Below are positions 13,150 through 27,442 of a DNA stretch of 64,000 nucleotides, piece by piece (within the stretch, counting starts at the first letter, position 1; each line of letters starts with the position of its first letter). This DNA comes from Eledone cirrhosa (taxonomy: Eukaryota). The position numbers and the translations under genes were made by a program. The notes beneath the pieces were generated by a model. It searched no databases, was not told the DNA's origin, and was given only the letters and a program-made list of their open reading frames with translations. The DNA lies in the NCBI GenBank assembly GCA_964016885.1, contig OZ024764.1:7564001-7628000 (forward strand), in the 5' to 3' direction.

Positions 13150-13782
13150 TAAACCTGCAGTAACCAGCTGCCCATACTTATGTTAACCCTTTAGCATTTA
13201 AACCAGTCATATCCAGCCAGAGTTCTCTCACTTCTTTCTGTCCAAACCTGCCGTAACCAGCTGCCCATACTTATGTTAACCCTTTAGCATTTAAACCAGC
13301 CATATCTGGCCAGAATTCTCTCACTTCTTTCTGTCCAAACCTGCCGTAACCACCTACTCATACTTATGTTAACCCTTTAGCATTTAAACCAGTCATATCC
13401 AGCCAAAGTTCTCTCACTTCTTTCTGTCCAAACCTGCCGTAACCAGCTGCCCATACTTATGTTAACCCTTTAGCATTTAAACCAGCCATATCTGGCCAGA
13501 GTTCTCACACTTCTTTCTGTCCAAACCTGCTGTAACCAGCTACTCATACTTATGTTAACCCTTTAGCATTTAAACCAGTCATATCCAGCCAAAGTTCTCT
13601 CACTTCTTTCTGTCCAAACCTGCCGTAACCAGCTGCCCATACTTATGTTAACCCTTTAGCATTTAAACCAGCCATATCTGGCAAGAATTCTCTCACTTCT
13701 TTCTGATCAAACTGCCGTAACCGGCCAGCCATACTGATGTTAAAGAATTGTTCACAAAATAAATAATATCAAAATCTCATAG
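13150..13782 (+). repeat. 93 bp tandem array (6 copies) of the MITE left end
   Basis: GTTAACCCTTTAGCATTTAAACCAG at 13182, 13275, 13368, 13461, ~13553, ~13647. Confidence 0.93.
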
Positions 13783-14314
13783 CGTGACCAGCTAAGCTCA
13801 TGGATGTTATCCAACTATCTGGCTCAGAGTGGGTCTACCCAAAGGTCTCTTGCCAGTTGGCTTTGCCTGTAGATCCTTCTTTAGAAATACTAGCAGAAAA
13901 AAACCACCCTTAGAGTTGTTTTCTGCTAGCATATGTAGTGTGTATATTGATATTATATGCAAATATATATGATATGATACATCAAATAAAATCATAATTG
14001 ACAATATACACAGAAGTTGAAGAGAGACTGTGTTACACTGTCTTATGTAATCAGTAAAGTAATCCATGATACATTTAAAAAAGACGATATTATATATAAA
14101 CTGCAGTAGAAAATTAGTGATGGAAATATAATAAACGTTATATATGAACGTTTATATATGCGATGTAATAAGTGTTATGATATAACGGACGCTAACCGGA
14201 AGTGTTGACATTTGAACATTTTAAAAGTAGTGAATCTTAAAATAAGCAATAAAAATATTTATATTTAAACAAGAACTACGAAATTTAGTAGATAAATTAT
14301 GTAATATTCATGGC

Positions 14315-14492
14315 AGTATCGGTATAGGGTTGGACGCCATGCTTTCTAGCATAGTTACGTCCCTTTACAGTCTGAGTTCAAATCCCGCCAAGGTTAACTT
14401 TGCCTTTCATCCTTATGGGGTCGATAAAATAAAGTACCAGTAATACACTGGGATAATTGCTGGCCTTGTGCCAAAAAGTAGAAACAATTATT
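14315..14492 (+). mobile_element. SINE family B (tRNA head, Nin/Deu-like core)
   Basis: GAGTTCAAATCCC B box, TTTGCCTTTCATCCTTA.GGGGTCGATAAAATAAAGTACCAG core; other copies at 3975-4160, 7815-8010, 30362-30480, 37760-38440, 59515-59995. Confidence 0.8.
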
Positions 14493-14633
14493 TATTCAAA
14501 GTAATCCAACTTATTTTACTAACGGGATAAAAAAATATAAACAGGACACAATCCCGCACGCCTTACTTTATTATATTATGATGCTAATGAAAGGTTTAAC
14601 GAAGAAAACTTGATGAAACAATAATGAGCTCAC

Positions 14634-14765
14634 CTTAAATATTTTCCTCTTCAGTTCTATAGTCTTGCCAGACTCCGTGGTGTAAGTACCCTCCTGGTAA
14701 GGACCCAAGTCACTCTCTTTGATGGACTTACTCAGGTTTACCAACCTCTTTGCTTTCATTTTTCC
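14634..14765 (-). CDS. TTC5: TTC5 exon 8 (GKMKAKRL...DLGPY...KIFK)
   Basis: 132 nt, cag/GTGAGC; GKxKxK and LGP motifs. Confidence 0.93.
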
Positions 14766-14800
14766 CTGTAAATATACATTATAGACATGTATACACAGAC

Positions 14801-14855
<55 letters not shown>

Positions 14856-15377
14856 CATATATATATATAAATACATATATATATATATACACATACATAT
14901 ATATATATAAATACATATATATATGTACATGTACACAACACGCACACTTATAGACATATAAATATGTATACATGTACATGTAGACATACATATATATGCC
15001 TACATATATCCACACATATACATATATATGCATACATATATATATATATATATGTACATGTACACAACACGCACACTTATAGACATATACATATATATGC
15101 ATACATATATACACATATATATGCATACATATATACACATATATACATATATATGAATACATATATATGCATACATATATACACATATATACATGTATAT
15201 GTATACAGACACACACACACACATCTGAAAATGAGTACCAGCAATAGCTGGGGGCTTAACCCTGCAATGGACTGGTGTCCTGTCCAGTGGGGAGTCTTGT
15301 ACTCTCAGTCGCTTCATGCTATGAAACCAGCTAAACAAGCCTTCTGGCTTAAGACAGATTTTAGACTTTCGATATAT

Positions 15378-15712
15378 ATCATCATCATTATCATAATTTT
15401 ACGTCCACTTTTCCCTGCTTGCAAGGGTGGGACGGGAACTGATTCTGGCTTGATTTCTACAGCTGGATGCCCTTCCTAACACCAACATCATTTACAGTGA
15501 GTGCTGGGTGCTTTTTTTTGCAGTGGCACCTCCATGACCACTTTGCAGTGGAATGATAGGGACCCCAGTCCTTATCATATCATTTCTACAGCTGTGTAAA
15601 CTGGAGCAATGTGAAATAAAGTGTCTTGCTCAAGGAAACAACACATCACCCGGTCTGAGAATCGAACTCACAACCTTTCGATTGTAAGGCCAATGCTCTA
15701 ACCACTAAGCCA
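15378..15712 (-). mobile_element. SINE family A
   Basis: matches the family consensus. Confidence 0.85.
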
Positions 15713-15890
15713 TCATCATCATCATCATCATCAGGTTTAGCGTCCGTGTTCCACGCTTGCATGGGTTTGGACGGGGGTTTTCCCACTTGAGGCAAGAGTG
15801 GTTGTCTTGCTCGCATAGGACTGTCTGGCGGGTTTTCCACAGTTGGATGCCCTTCCTAACACCAAAGCCATATGCCTCCATATATATATA

Positions 15891-15926
<36 letters not shown>

Positions 15927-15997
15927 CAAGAGAAGTGGATACGTGTTGGGGAAGAGAGAGGGAGAGAGATTGATAGGAATGTGAAGAAGTAGCTTAC

Positions 15998-16144
15998 ATG
16001 AGAGCTCTGTAACATGGTCAGTTTTGTGAGATAATCCAAAAGCCGGGTCTCCTGCTCCATAGGACCTAGCCAATTGCAATCAAGGGCTTTAGCTGTGGAA
16101 AACCCCTCAAGGGCTTGTTGATATTCTTCCTGGTATTTAAAGGC
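15998..16144 (-). CDS. TTC5: TTC5 exon 7 (AFKYQEEYQQALEGFSTAKALD...LQSSH)
   Basis: 147 nt, cag/GTAAGC; KYxExYxxALEGF motif. Confidence 0.93.
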
Positions 16145-16849
16145 CTGGCAGAAAAGATTTCAAAGATATATATAGAAAAATATATATATATATATATATA
16201 TGAGGAGGCCTCAAAACAATTGTAGAAAAAGTACATAGCTAAAAATGATATGCATACATACATATAAAGAGGTACATGTATATATATATATATATGTCGT
16301 GTCAGTTAACTCTTCCTCACACTTCCACTCACTCACTCACTGTTTCTCCTCTCCTCACTTCACCCCGTTCGTAACGAAAGCAATTTCTCTCTTTCTTACA
16401 TTGCATTCGTTTGCGGAAGGTCTGTTTTCTAAGCGCTCATATATTCACCTAGCTTACGCTAACAGAATAACTATGAAGCTTGTTTCCTTCTTCTACGGTT
16501 AGCTCTACTCTTTGTTGTTTTCCTGTCTCACTCGCTTTACGCGTTTTAATTGTCCTAATAACTTAATTTAGTTATTATTGCACCGACGTGAGGTATATGA
16601 TTTTTAATGCAATGAAATATCTATGATCGTCGGCAAATCACTGATGAGGGACTTATTTTATTACATGTTATCCATGTGCTACCAGCAATATTTTTCTCCC
16701 CGTTTTATCATATATATATATATATATATATATATACACCCACCCAGTCCAAATAAATGAGATAATGAGATTGAGATCGTGTAGGTGTCACGAGAAAAAA
16801 CACACAGTCCACGCTGTAATGTGGCCGTGTAGGTAACACGGTAAAAGGT

Positions 16850-17038
16850 TCCCAGTTCCACACTGTAAACGTGGTTGGTGTTAGGAAGGGCATCCAGCCG
16901 TAGAAAATCTGCCAGATAGTCCTATATGAGCGAGACACGGTCACCCGACCAGCCTTGCCTCAAGTGGAACAACTCCCGTCTAACCCATGCTAGCGTGGAA
17001 AATGGACGTTAAACGATGATGATGATGATGATGATGAT
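16850..17038 (+). mobile_element. short RTE-type non-autonomous element (second tail type)
   Basis: CACACTGTAAA..GGTGTTAGGAAGGGCATCCAGCCGTAGAAA...AACCCATGC..GGACGTTAAAC(GAT)n; relatives at 15715-15860(-), 30180-30360, 32705-32877, 57385-57515. Confidence 0.7.
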
Positions 17039-17296
17039 ATAATGAAAAATTAGAAGTTAGGATTATCCGTCATCAGTTGTCTACTAGGCATCATGGGTAT
17101 TTCTTCGCGTTAGGGACCAGATACCTCAGCCTAGGGCAATTCGATAACTAAAATAAGTTATTGAGATAAAAAGAAGTGGCTGATATATATACATACACAC
17201 CTCTTTATATATACATAGGTGTAGACACACACATATATATATATATATAGTAATAATAATAAATTTGAAGACTAAAATCCAAAGAGGGCTCGATAA

Positions 17297-17336
<40 letters not shown>

Positions 17337-17399
17337 CTCTTTATATATATATATATATACATAGGTGTAGACACACACACATATATATATATATATACA

Positions 17400-17970
17400 T
17401 ACAGTACAACCTGTCCCATGGTCGGGTCATTGGCGACTAAACTGGCAACCCCACCAAGGCTTCTTGGTGAGGAGGGTGACTTTGGACATCCTGCAAGACT
17501 AAAAACAAAACCTGTCAAAGGGCAAAGGAGCTCTTAAGAGTCAATGGCCATCCAAAATCACCGGGAGAGATGACCCCTTAGCCTTTGTCAAGGCAGAATT
17601 CTAGGAGAAGGAAAACTCTGATATAACACCTGCAACCCTGATGGTATCCAATGATGTTGACTTGTTCTTCTTTTTAGTAAATATCATCTTGGTTAAGAGA
17701 GTGGGACTGGCTTTGTGCAGTGCTTTTGCTCACTATAAAAGCTTCACAGCACAGGCATTGCTTTATATCTGGAGATCTCTCTGCACTTGTCATCACATGG
17801 TACCATGGGCCCAGCAATATGTGTCAATAATTGTCACAAGTGTAGTGTTTGTACCAGAGTTTTCAAGTCGCTGGCTGGACTAAAAAGTCACACTCGTTCA
17901 GTGCATCGGTAGGGGTTCTCCTACATGGATATAAAGTAGTGGCCGTACTCGAAAACGAGTTGGCAACCAC
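17400..17970 (+). mobile_element. unclassified interspersed repeat; diverged relative at 54535-55020
   Basis: shared GTACAACCTGTC.CATGGTCGGGTCAT.G.CGACTAAAC...CCCCACCAAG...CTTGGTGAGGAGGGTGA. Confidence 0.6.
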
Positions 17971-18179
17971 CATATATATATATATATATATATAGTAATA
18001 ATAATAAATTTGAAGACTAAAATCCTAAGAGGGCTAGATAAGTATATATATATATATATATATATACATACACACCTCTTCATATATATATACATAGGTG
18101 TAGACACACATACATATATATGTATATATATATATATATATATATACATGAGGGGGTTTCAAAAAATTCATGGAAAAAG

Positions 18180-18996
18180 TACATGTATATATATATACAC
18201 ACTATATATACATTATATATACACTATATGTACATTATATATATATATATACACACTATATATACATTATATATACACTATATGTACATTATATATACAC
18301 TATATATACATTATATATACACTATATGTACATTATATATATATATATATACTATATGTACATTCTATATACACTATATGTACATTATATATATATACAC
18401 TATATGTACATTATATATATATATATACACTATATGTACATTATATATATATATACACTATATGTACATTATATACATAAACTATATGTACATTATATAT
18501 ATACACTATATGTACATTATATATACACTATATGTACATTATATATACACTATATATACACTATATATACATTATATATACACTATATATACATTATATA
18601 TACACTATATGTACATTATATATACACTATATGTACATTATATATATATACACTATATATACACTATAAGTACATTATATATACACTATAAGTACATTAT
18701 ACATACACCATATGTACATTATATATATATATATACACTATATATGCATTATATTTACATTATATATACACTATATATACATTATATATACACTATATAT
18801 ACATTATATATATACACTATATGTACATTATATGTACACTATATATATACACTATATATACCCTATATATACACACTATATATACACTATATATATATAT
18901 ACCCTATATATATATACAGTATATATATATATATATATATATACACTATATATACCCTGTATATATATATACACTATATATATATACACTATATAT
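18180..18996. repeat. TA-rich compound satellite (ACACTATATGTACATTATAT)
   Basis: direct inspection. Confidence 0.92.
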
Positions 18997-19419
18997 GATG
19001 TCCAGGCAATGGCTGATACAGCTTGGCACCAGTGACATCACAACTCATATATACAGCTGAGTCAACTGGAACAATGAGAAATAAAGTGTCTTGCTCAAGG
19101 AGACAACGCATCACCTGGTCCACGAATTAAAACTCATAACATCATTTTGAGAACAATACCTTAACATCAGTATGAGTGGCCAGTTACAGCGGCTTTGAAC
19201 AGAAAGAGATGAGGTAATTCTGGCTGGATACGGCCAGTTTAAATGCTAAAGGGTTAACATGAAGGTAATCTCTGGTCCTAATATCAACACCTGTTATTAG
19301 GGGTTATAAAATAAAGCACCAGTAATGCACTGGAGTCAATTTAATCTAACCCCCTCCCCTCCACTTAAAAGTTATTGGTGTTGTGCCTAAATCAGAAATA
19401 CAGTCCTCAGTGGCCTAAT

Positions 19420-20725
19420 ATTTGTTTCTACTTTTGGCACAAGGCCAGTAATTACCTCAGTGTATTACTGGTACTTTATTTTAGCGACCCCGTAAGGATG
19501 AAAGGTAAAGTTAACCTCAGCGAGATTTGAACTCGGGTCATAAAGGGACGTAACTCTATGCTTCAAATACTTTGAATAAATAATTGTTTCTACTTTTGGC
19601 ACAAGGCCAGCAATTACCTCAGTGTATTACTGGTACTTTATTTTATCGACCCCGTAAGGATGAAAGGTAAAGTTGACCTCGGCGAGATTTGAACTCAGGT
19701 CATAAAGGGACGTAACTCTATGCTTCAAATACTTTGAATAAATAATTGTTTCTACTTTTGGCACAAGGCCAGCAATTACCTCAGTGTATTACTGGTACTT
19801 TATTTTATCGACCCCGTAAGGATGAAAGGTAAAGTTGACCTCGGCGAGATTTGAACTCAGGTCATAAAGGGACGTAACTCTATGCTTCAAATACTTTGAA
19901 TAAATAATTGTTTCTACTTTTGGCACAAGGCCAGCAATTACCTCAGTGTATTACTGGTACTTTATTTTATCGACCCCGTAAGGATGAAAGGTAAAGTTGA
20001 CCTCGGCGAGATTTGAACTCAGGTCATAAAGGGACGTAACTCTATGCTTCAAATACTTTGAATAAATAATTGTTTCTACTTTTGGCACAAGGCCAGCAAT
20101 TACCTCAGTGTATTACTGGTACTTTATTTTATCGACCCTGTAAGGATGAAAGGTAAAGTTGACCTCGGCGAGATTTGAACTCAGGTCATAAAGGGACGTA
20201 ACTCTATGCTTCAAATACTTTGAATAAATAATTGTTTCTACTTTTGGCACAAGGCCAGCAATTACCTCAGTGTATTACTGGTACTTTATTTTATCGACCC
20301 CGTAAGGATGAAAGGTAAAGTTAACCTCAGCGAGATTTGAACTCGGGTCATAAAGGGACGTAACTCTATGCTTCAAATACTTTGAATAAATAATTGTTTC
20401 TACTTTTGGCACAAGGCCAGCAATTACCTCAGTGTATTACTGGTACTTTATTTTATCGACCCCGTAAGGATGAAAGGTAAAGTTGACCTCGGCGAGATTT
20501 GAACTCAGGTCATAAAGGGACGTAACTCTATGCTTCAAATACTTTGAATACATAATTATTTCTACTTTTGGCACAAGGCCAGCAATTACCCAGTACATTA
20601 CTGGTACTTTATTTTATCGACCCCGTAAGGATGAAAGGTAAAGTTAACCTCGGTGGGATTCGAACTCAGAATGGCAAGGGCCGTAACTCTATGCATCAAA
20701 GAATGGTGTCCGACCCTCTACCGAT
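19420..20725 (-). repeat. 162 bp tandem array (8 copies) of SINE family B
   Basis: TAATTGTTTCTACTTTTGGC at 19581, 19743, 19905 and onward. Confidence 0.95.
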
Positions 20726-20809
20726 GTTTCTGATAGAAGCACAAGGCCAACTCAGAGCTGAAGACACCCAAATATTGTTTGTATGAGACCAAATCACAGC
20801 GGTACTTAC

Positions 20810-20863
20810 GATTGCTCTGTTGTAATGGAGATCTGGGTTGTTCTTAGCTACTGGATCTTTCAC
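20810..20863 (-). CDS. TTC5: TTC5 exon 6 (VKDPVAKNNPDLHYNRAI)
   Basis: 54 nt, cag/GTAAGT; NPDLHxNRA motif; not in the ORF track. Confidence 0.93.
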
Positions 20864-20934
20864 CTGGAATAAACAACAACAACAACAACATCAATATTGG
20901 TGTAGACAGGTGTGTATATATGCATAAGTATATA

Positions 20935-21420
20935 TCATCATCATCATCATTTTACATCCGCTTTTCCCTGCTTTAAGGGTGGGACGAGAACTGACTCTGG
21001 CTTGATTTCTACAGCTGGATGCCCTTCCTAACACCAACCTCATTTACAGTGAGTGCTGAGTGCTCTTTTTCCGTGGCGCCTCCACGTCCACTTTACAGTG
21101 TGGGCTGGGTGCTTTTTTTGCTGTGGCACCTCCATGACTACTTTACAGTGTGGGCTGGGTGCTTTTTTTGCTGTGGCACCTCCATGACTACTTTACAGTG
21201 TGGGCTGGGTGCTTTTTTGCTGTGGCACCTCCACGACCACTTTGCAGTGGAATGATAGGGACCCCAGTCCTATCATCTCATTTCTACAGCTGAGTAAACT
21301 GGAGCAATGTGAAATAAAGTGTCTTGCTCAAGGAAACAACACTCACCCGGTCTGAGAATTGAACTCACAACCTTTCGATTGCAAGGCCAATGCTCTAACC
21401 ACTAAGCCATGTGCCTTCAT
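20935..21420 (-). mobile_element. SINE family A with the internal ~49-50 bp unit repeated about 4 times
   Basis: ACAGTGTGGGCTGGGTGCTTTTTTGCTGTGGCACCTCCA repeated at 21045-21250. Confidence 0.85.
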
Positions 21421-21449
21421 ATGCATAAGTATATATATATATATATATA

Positions 21450-21749
21450 TCTTCTATCTATATAATACTAAAAGTCTGTGATTGCTTGCTTGCTTGTCTG
21501 TAATGTAATACAGCCAAAAGGGAGCATAATGGGAAAATACTTTGAAAGGAAGTTGCTCCTGAAATAGAAATACAAATAGAATACAACAAGTTTTGTGTAA
21601 ATCGGGGCACGGTCTCCCAAGATATGGGGTTTTACAGGATACCTTCAAAAAAAGAAAGAAGGATAGAGAGAAAGGAAGAGATAGTGGTTGTGAGAGAGTA
21701 GATTGAAAGAAAAGGAGAATGGAAGAGAGAGAGCTGATGGTGGTGTTTT

Positions 21750-21789
<40 letters not shown>

Positions 21790-22010
21790 TGTGTGTGTGT
21801 GTGTGTGTCTATTGTTGTTGTGTATATATATATGTGTCTGTCTATGACCAGTGTATATAGATCAGACACCCACATACATATGTATACACACACACATATA
21901 TATATAGACCTTCCAGTTTCATTTCACATTATATACATGTCTGTGTATATTTTAATTATTTAAAAATTATTTTTAAGTGAACATGACCCAACAGGTCACA
22001 GGTGGTCTAG
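21450..22010 (+). mobile_element. non-autonomous Helitron carrying microsatellites
   Basis: A|TC..TATATAATACTAAAAG start; GACCCAACAGGTC hairpin and CTAG|T end. Confidence 0.7.
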
Positions 22011-22107
<97 letters not shown>

Positions 22108-22196
22108 ATATATATACATATATATATATATATAAATATAAATTCACCGAGAATCGTATTTCGGCTGGTAGAAAAAGTGAAATGAAACGCAAAATC

Positions 22197-22285
<89 letters not shown>

Positions 22286-22523
22286 AGAAAATACATCTGC
22301 TTTTTGTTAAGCCGCCATAATGCAAGTTAACTATAACAGATGAATATGTCTTTATGTCTTTTAAGTGACCCCTGGAAAGTGACCCCAAAAAAAGTGGCCA
22401 GGCCTACCTGAAGAAATCAAACCATACATCTGCCGTGTGCTAGACAGCTGTGATACCTTTATACCAAAGCACCCCTGGCCACTTCCTCCATCTCTTTTAG
22501 AAGCCTTATCTGTTACTACTTAC

Positions 22524-22615
22524 GGCTTGGTTGTAGGCACCCATTGCTTGTTTTAATGTCTTCGGGTTTTGACCCTCAGCAAAGAACAAGGAGAGGTAGG
22601 CATTTCCTAGATTCG
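22524..22615 (-). CDS. TTC5: TTC5 exon 5 (ANLGNAYLSLFFAEGQNPKTLKQAMGAYNQA)
   Basis: 92 nt, cag/GTAAGT, phases fit. Confidence 0.95.
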
Positions 22616-22829
22616 CTGGAAACATTTTAAGAAAGAAATATAAAAATATAAATATAAAGGCAAATAAAACAGCAATCAAATGGGAATTTGTAAAATACAA
22701 AGGTTTTTCACACTTTTTAAACCAGTTTTAACCCCTTCATTACCATATTTCTAATGAAATACATTCTATTTCAATTAGTTAATGAAGAATTTTGAGGGAT
22801 TTACTAACATCATTAATTATTTCATTACT

Positions 22830-25800
22830 CCGAATGCCTCAGATCTGCAACGGCTCAGGTGAAATGAGCTTGCCATGATTAGGTGGATCTGTGGCGCCAA
22901 ATTGAAAGATGAGACCCCTTCGACTGTGCTCCACCAGAAGCTGGGTGTGGTTGAGATCACTGCTGTCCTTCACACAAAATGTCTCCTTTGGTACTGACAT
23001 ATACAGTGACTCTCACTTGGCAATCCCTGGCACTAGAGATTGCAGCAGACCAAGGAAGCACCGTACTCCACAAGAAGCTGGGTGTGGATGAGATCACTGC
23101 TGTCCTTCACACAAAATGTCTCCTTTGGTACTGACTGACATATACAGTGACTCTCACTTGGCAATCCCTGGCATTAGAGATTGCAGCAGACCAAGGAAGC
23201 ACCGTACTCCACCAGAAGCTGGGTGTGGATGAGATCACTGCTGTCCTTTACACACAACATCTCCGTTGGTACTGACATGTACAGCAACACTCACTTGGCA
23301 ATCCCTGGCACTAGAGATTACGGCAGACCAAGGAAGCACCGTACTCCACCAGAAGCTGGGTGTGGATGAGATCACTGCTGTCCTTCACACACAACATCTC
23401 CATTGGTACTGACATGTACAGCGACACTCACTTGGCAATCCCTGGCACTAGAGATTACGGCAGGCCAAGGAAGAACCATGTTCCACCAGAAGCTGGGTGT
23501 GGATGAGATCACTGCTGTCCTTCACACACAACATCTCCATTGGTACGGACATGTACAGCGACTCTCACTTGACAATCCCTGGCACTAGAGATCACGGCAG
23601 ACCAAGGAAGAACCATGTTCCACCAGAAGCTGGGTGTGGATGAGATCACTGCTGTCCTTCACACACAACATCTCCATTGGTACGGACATGTACAGCGACT
23701 CTCACTTGACAATCCCTGGCACTAGAGATCACGGCAGACCAAGGAAGAACCATGTTCCACCAGAAGCTGGGTGTGGATGAGATCACTGCTGTCCTTCACA
23801 CACAACATCTCCATTGGTACGGACATGTGCAGCGACTCTCACTTGACAATCCCTGGCACTAGAGATCACGGCAGACCAAGGAAGAACCATGTTCCACCAG
23901 AAGCTGGGTGTAGATGAGATCACTGCTGTCCTTCACACACAACATCTCCATTGGTACGGACATGTACAGCGACTCTCACTTGACAATCCCTGGCACTAGA
24001 GATCACGGCAGACCAAGGAAGAACCATGTTCCACCAGAAGCTGGGTGTGGATGAGATCACTGCTGTCCTTCACACACAACATCTCCATTGGTACGGACAT
24101 GTACAGCGACTCTCACTTGACAATCCCTGGCACTAGAGATCACGGCAGACCAAGGAAGAACCATGTTCCACCAGAAGCTGGGTGTGGATGAGACCACTGC
24201 TGTCCTTCACACACAACATCTCCATTGGTACGGACATGTACAGCGACTCTCACTTGACAATCCCTGGCACTAGAGATCACGGCAGACCAAGGAAGAACCA
24301 TGTTCCACCAGAAGCTGGGTGTGGATGAGACCACTGCTGTCCTTCACACACAACATCTCCATTGGTACGGACATGTACAGCGACTCTCACTTGACAATCC
24401 CTGGCACTAGAGATCACGGCAGACCAAGGAAGAACCATGTTCCACCAGAAGCTGGGTGTGGATGAGACCACTGCTGTCCTTCACACACAACATCTCCATT
24501 GGTACGGACATGTACAGCGACTCTCACTTGACAATCCCTGGCACTAGAGATCACGGCAGACCAAGGAAGAACCATGTTCCACCAGAAGCTGGGTGTGGAA
24601 GAGATCACTGCTGTCCTTCACACACATCTCCATTGGTACGGACATGTACAGCGACTCTCACTTGACAATCCCTGGCATTAGAGATCACGGCAGACCAAGG
24701 AAGAACCATGTTCCACCAGAAGCTGGGTGTGGAAGAGATCACTGCTGTCCTTCACACACATCTCCATTGGTACGGACATGTACAGCGACTCTCACTTGAC
24801 AATCCCTGGCATTAGAGATCACGGCAGACCAAGGAAGAACCATGTTCCACCAGAAGCTGGGTGTGGAAGAGATCACTGCTGTCCTTCACACACATCTCCA
24901 TTGGTACGGACATGTACAGCGACTCTCACTTGACAATCCCTGGCACTAGAGATCACGGCAGACCAAGGAAGAACCATGTTCCACCAGAAGCTGGGTGTGG
25001 ATGAGATCACTGCTGTCCTTCACACACAACATCTCCATTGGTACGGACATGTACAGCGACTCTCACTTGACAATCCCTGGCACTAGAGATCACGGCAGAC
25101 CAAGGAAGAACCATGTTCCACCAGAAGCTGGGTGTGGATGAGATCACTGCTGTCCTTCACACACAACATCTCCATTGGTACGGACATGTACAGCGACTCT
25201 CACTTGACAATCCCTGGCACTAGAGATCACGGCAGACCAAGGAAGAACCATGTTCCACCAGAAGCTGGGTGTGGATGAGACCACTGCTGTCCTTCACACA
25301 CAACATCTCCATTGGTACGGACATGTACAGCGACTCTCACTTGACAATCCCTGGCACTAGAGATCACGGCAGACCAAGGAAGAACCGTACTCCACCAGAA
25401 GCTGGGTGTGGATGAGATCACTGCTGTCCTTCACACACAACATCTCCGTTGGTACTGACATGTACAGCGACTCTCACTTGACAATCCCTGGCACTAGAGA
25501 TCACGGCAGACCAAGGAAGAACCGTACTCCACCAGAAGCTGGGTGTGGATGAGATCACTGCTGTCCTTCACACACAACATCTCCGTTGGTACGGACATGT
25601 ACAGCGACTCTCACTTGACAATCCCTGGCATTAGAGATCACGGCAGACCAAGGAAGAACCATGTTCCACCAGAAGCTGGGTGTGGATGAGACCACTGCTG
25701 TCCTTCACACACAACATCTCCATTGGTACTGACATGTACAGCGACTCTCACTTGGCAATCCCTGGCACTAGAGATCACGGCAGACCAAGGAAGAACCATG

Positions 25801-27440
25801 TTCCACCAGAAGCTGGGTGTGGATGAGATCACTGCTGTCCTTCACACACAACATCTCCATTGGTACGGACATGTACAGCGACTCTCACTTGACAATCCCT
25901 GGCACTAGAGATCACGGCAGACCAAGGAAGAACCATGTTCCACCAGAAGCTGGGTGTGGATGAGATCACTGCTGTCCTTCACACACAACATCTCCATTGG
26001 TACGGACATGTACAGCGACTCTCACTTGACAATCCCTGGCACTAGAGATCACGGCAGACCAAGGAAGAACCATGTTCCACCAGAAGCTGGGTGTGGATGA
26101 GATCACTGCTGTCCTTCACACACAACATCTCCATTGGTACTGACATGTACAGCGACACTCACTTGGCAATCCCTGGCACTAGAGATCACGGCAGACCAAG
26201 GAAGAACCATGTTCCACCAGAAGCTGGGTGTGGATGAGACCACTGCTGTCCTTCACACACAACATCTCCATTGGTACGGACATGTACAGCGACTCTCACT
26301 TGACAATCCCTGGCACTAGAGATCACGGCAGACCAAGGAAGAACCATGTTCCACCAGAAGCTGGGTGTGGATGAGATCACTGCTGTCCTTCACACACAAC
26401 ATCTCCATTGGTACTGACATGTACAGCGACACTCACTTGGCAATCCCTGGCACTAGAGATCACGGCAGACCAAGGAAGAACCATGTTCCACCAGAAGCTG
26501 GGTGTGGAAGAGATCACTGCTGTCCTTCACACACAACATCTCCATTGGTACGGACATGTACAGCGACTCTCACTTGACAATCCCTGGCACTAGAGATCAC
26601 GGCAGACCAAGGAAGAACCATGTTCCACCAGAAGCTGGGTGTGGATGAGATCACTGCTGTCCTTCACACACAACATCTCCATTGGTACGGACATGTACAG
26701 CGACTCTCACTTGACAATCCCTGGCACTAGAGATCACGGCAGACCAAGGAAGAACCATGTTCCACCAGAAGCTGGGTGTGGATGAGATCACTGCTGTCCT
26801 TCACACACAACATCTCCATTGGTACAGACATGTACAGCGACTCTCACTTGACAATCCCTGGCATTAGAGATCACGGCAGACCAAGGAAGAACCATGTTCC
26901 ACCAGAAGCTGGGTGTGGATGAGATCACTGCTGTCCTTCACACACAACATCTCAGTTGGTATGGACATGTACAGCGACTCTCACTTGACAATCCCTGGCA
27001 TTAGAGATCACGGCAGACCAAGGAAGAACCATGTTCCACCAGAAGCTGGGTGTGGATGAGATCACTGCTGTCCTTCACACACAACATCTCAGTTGGTACT
27101 GACATGTACAGCGACTCTCACTTGACAATCCCTGGCATTAGAGATCACGGCAGACCAAGGAAGAACCATGTTCCACCAGAAGCTGGGTGTGGATGAGATC
27201 ACTGCTGTCCTTCACACACAACATCTCCATTGGTACGGACATGTACAGCGACACTCACTTGGCAATCCCTGGCACTAGAGATCACGGCAGACCAAGGAAG
27301 AACCATGTTCCACCAGAAGCTGGGTGTAGATGAGACCACTGCTGTCCTTCACACACAACATCTCCATTGGTACTGACAAGTACAGCGAGCCACGTCATGT
27401 ATCAACTCCATCACTCACTTGCCAATCCCTGGCACTTGGG
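22830..27440 (+). repeat. 137 bp tandem array (~32 copies) expanded inside an RTE LINE fragment
   Basis: unit encodes KLGVDEITAVLHTQHLHWYGHVQR / IPGTRDHGRPRK; unamplified RTE sequence at both edges. Confidence 0.95.
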
Positions 27441-27442
27441 TA

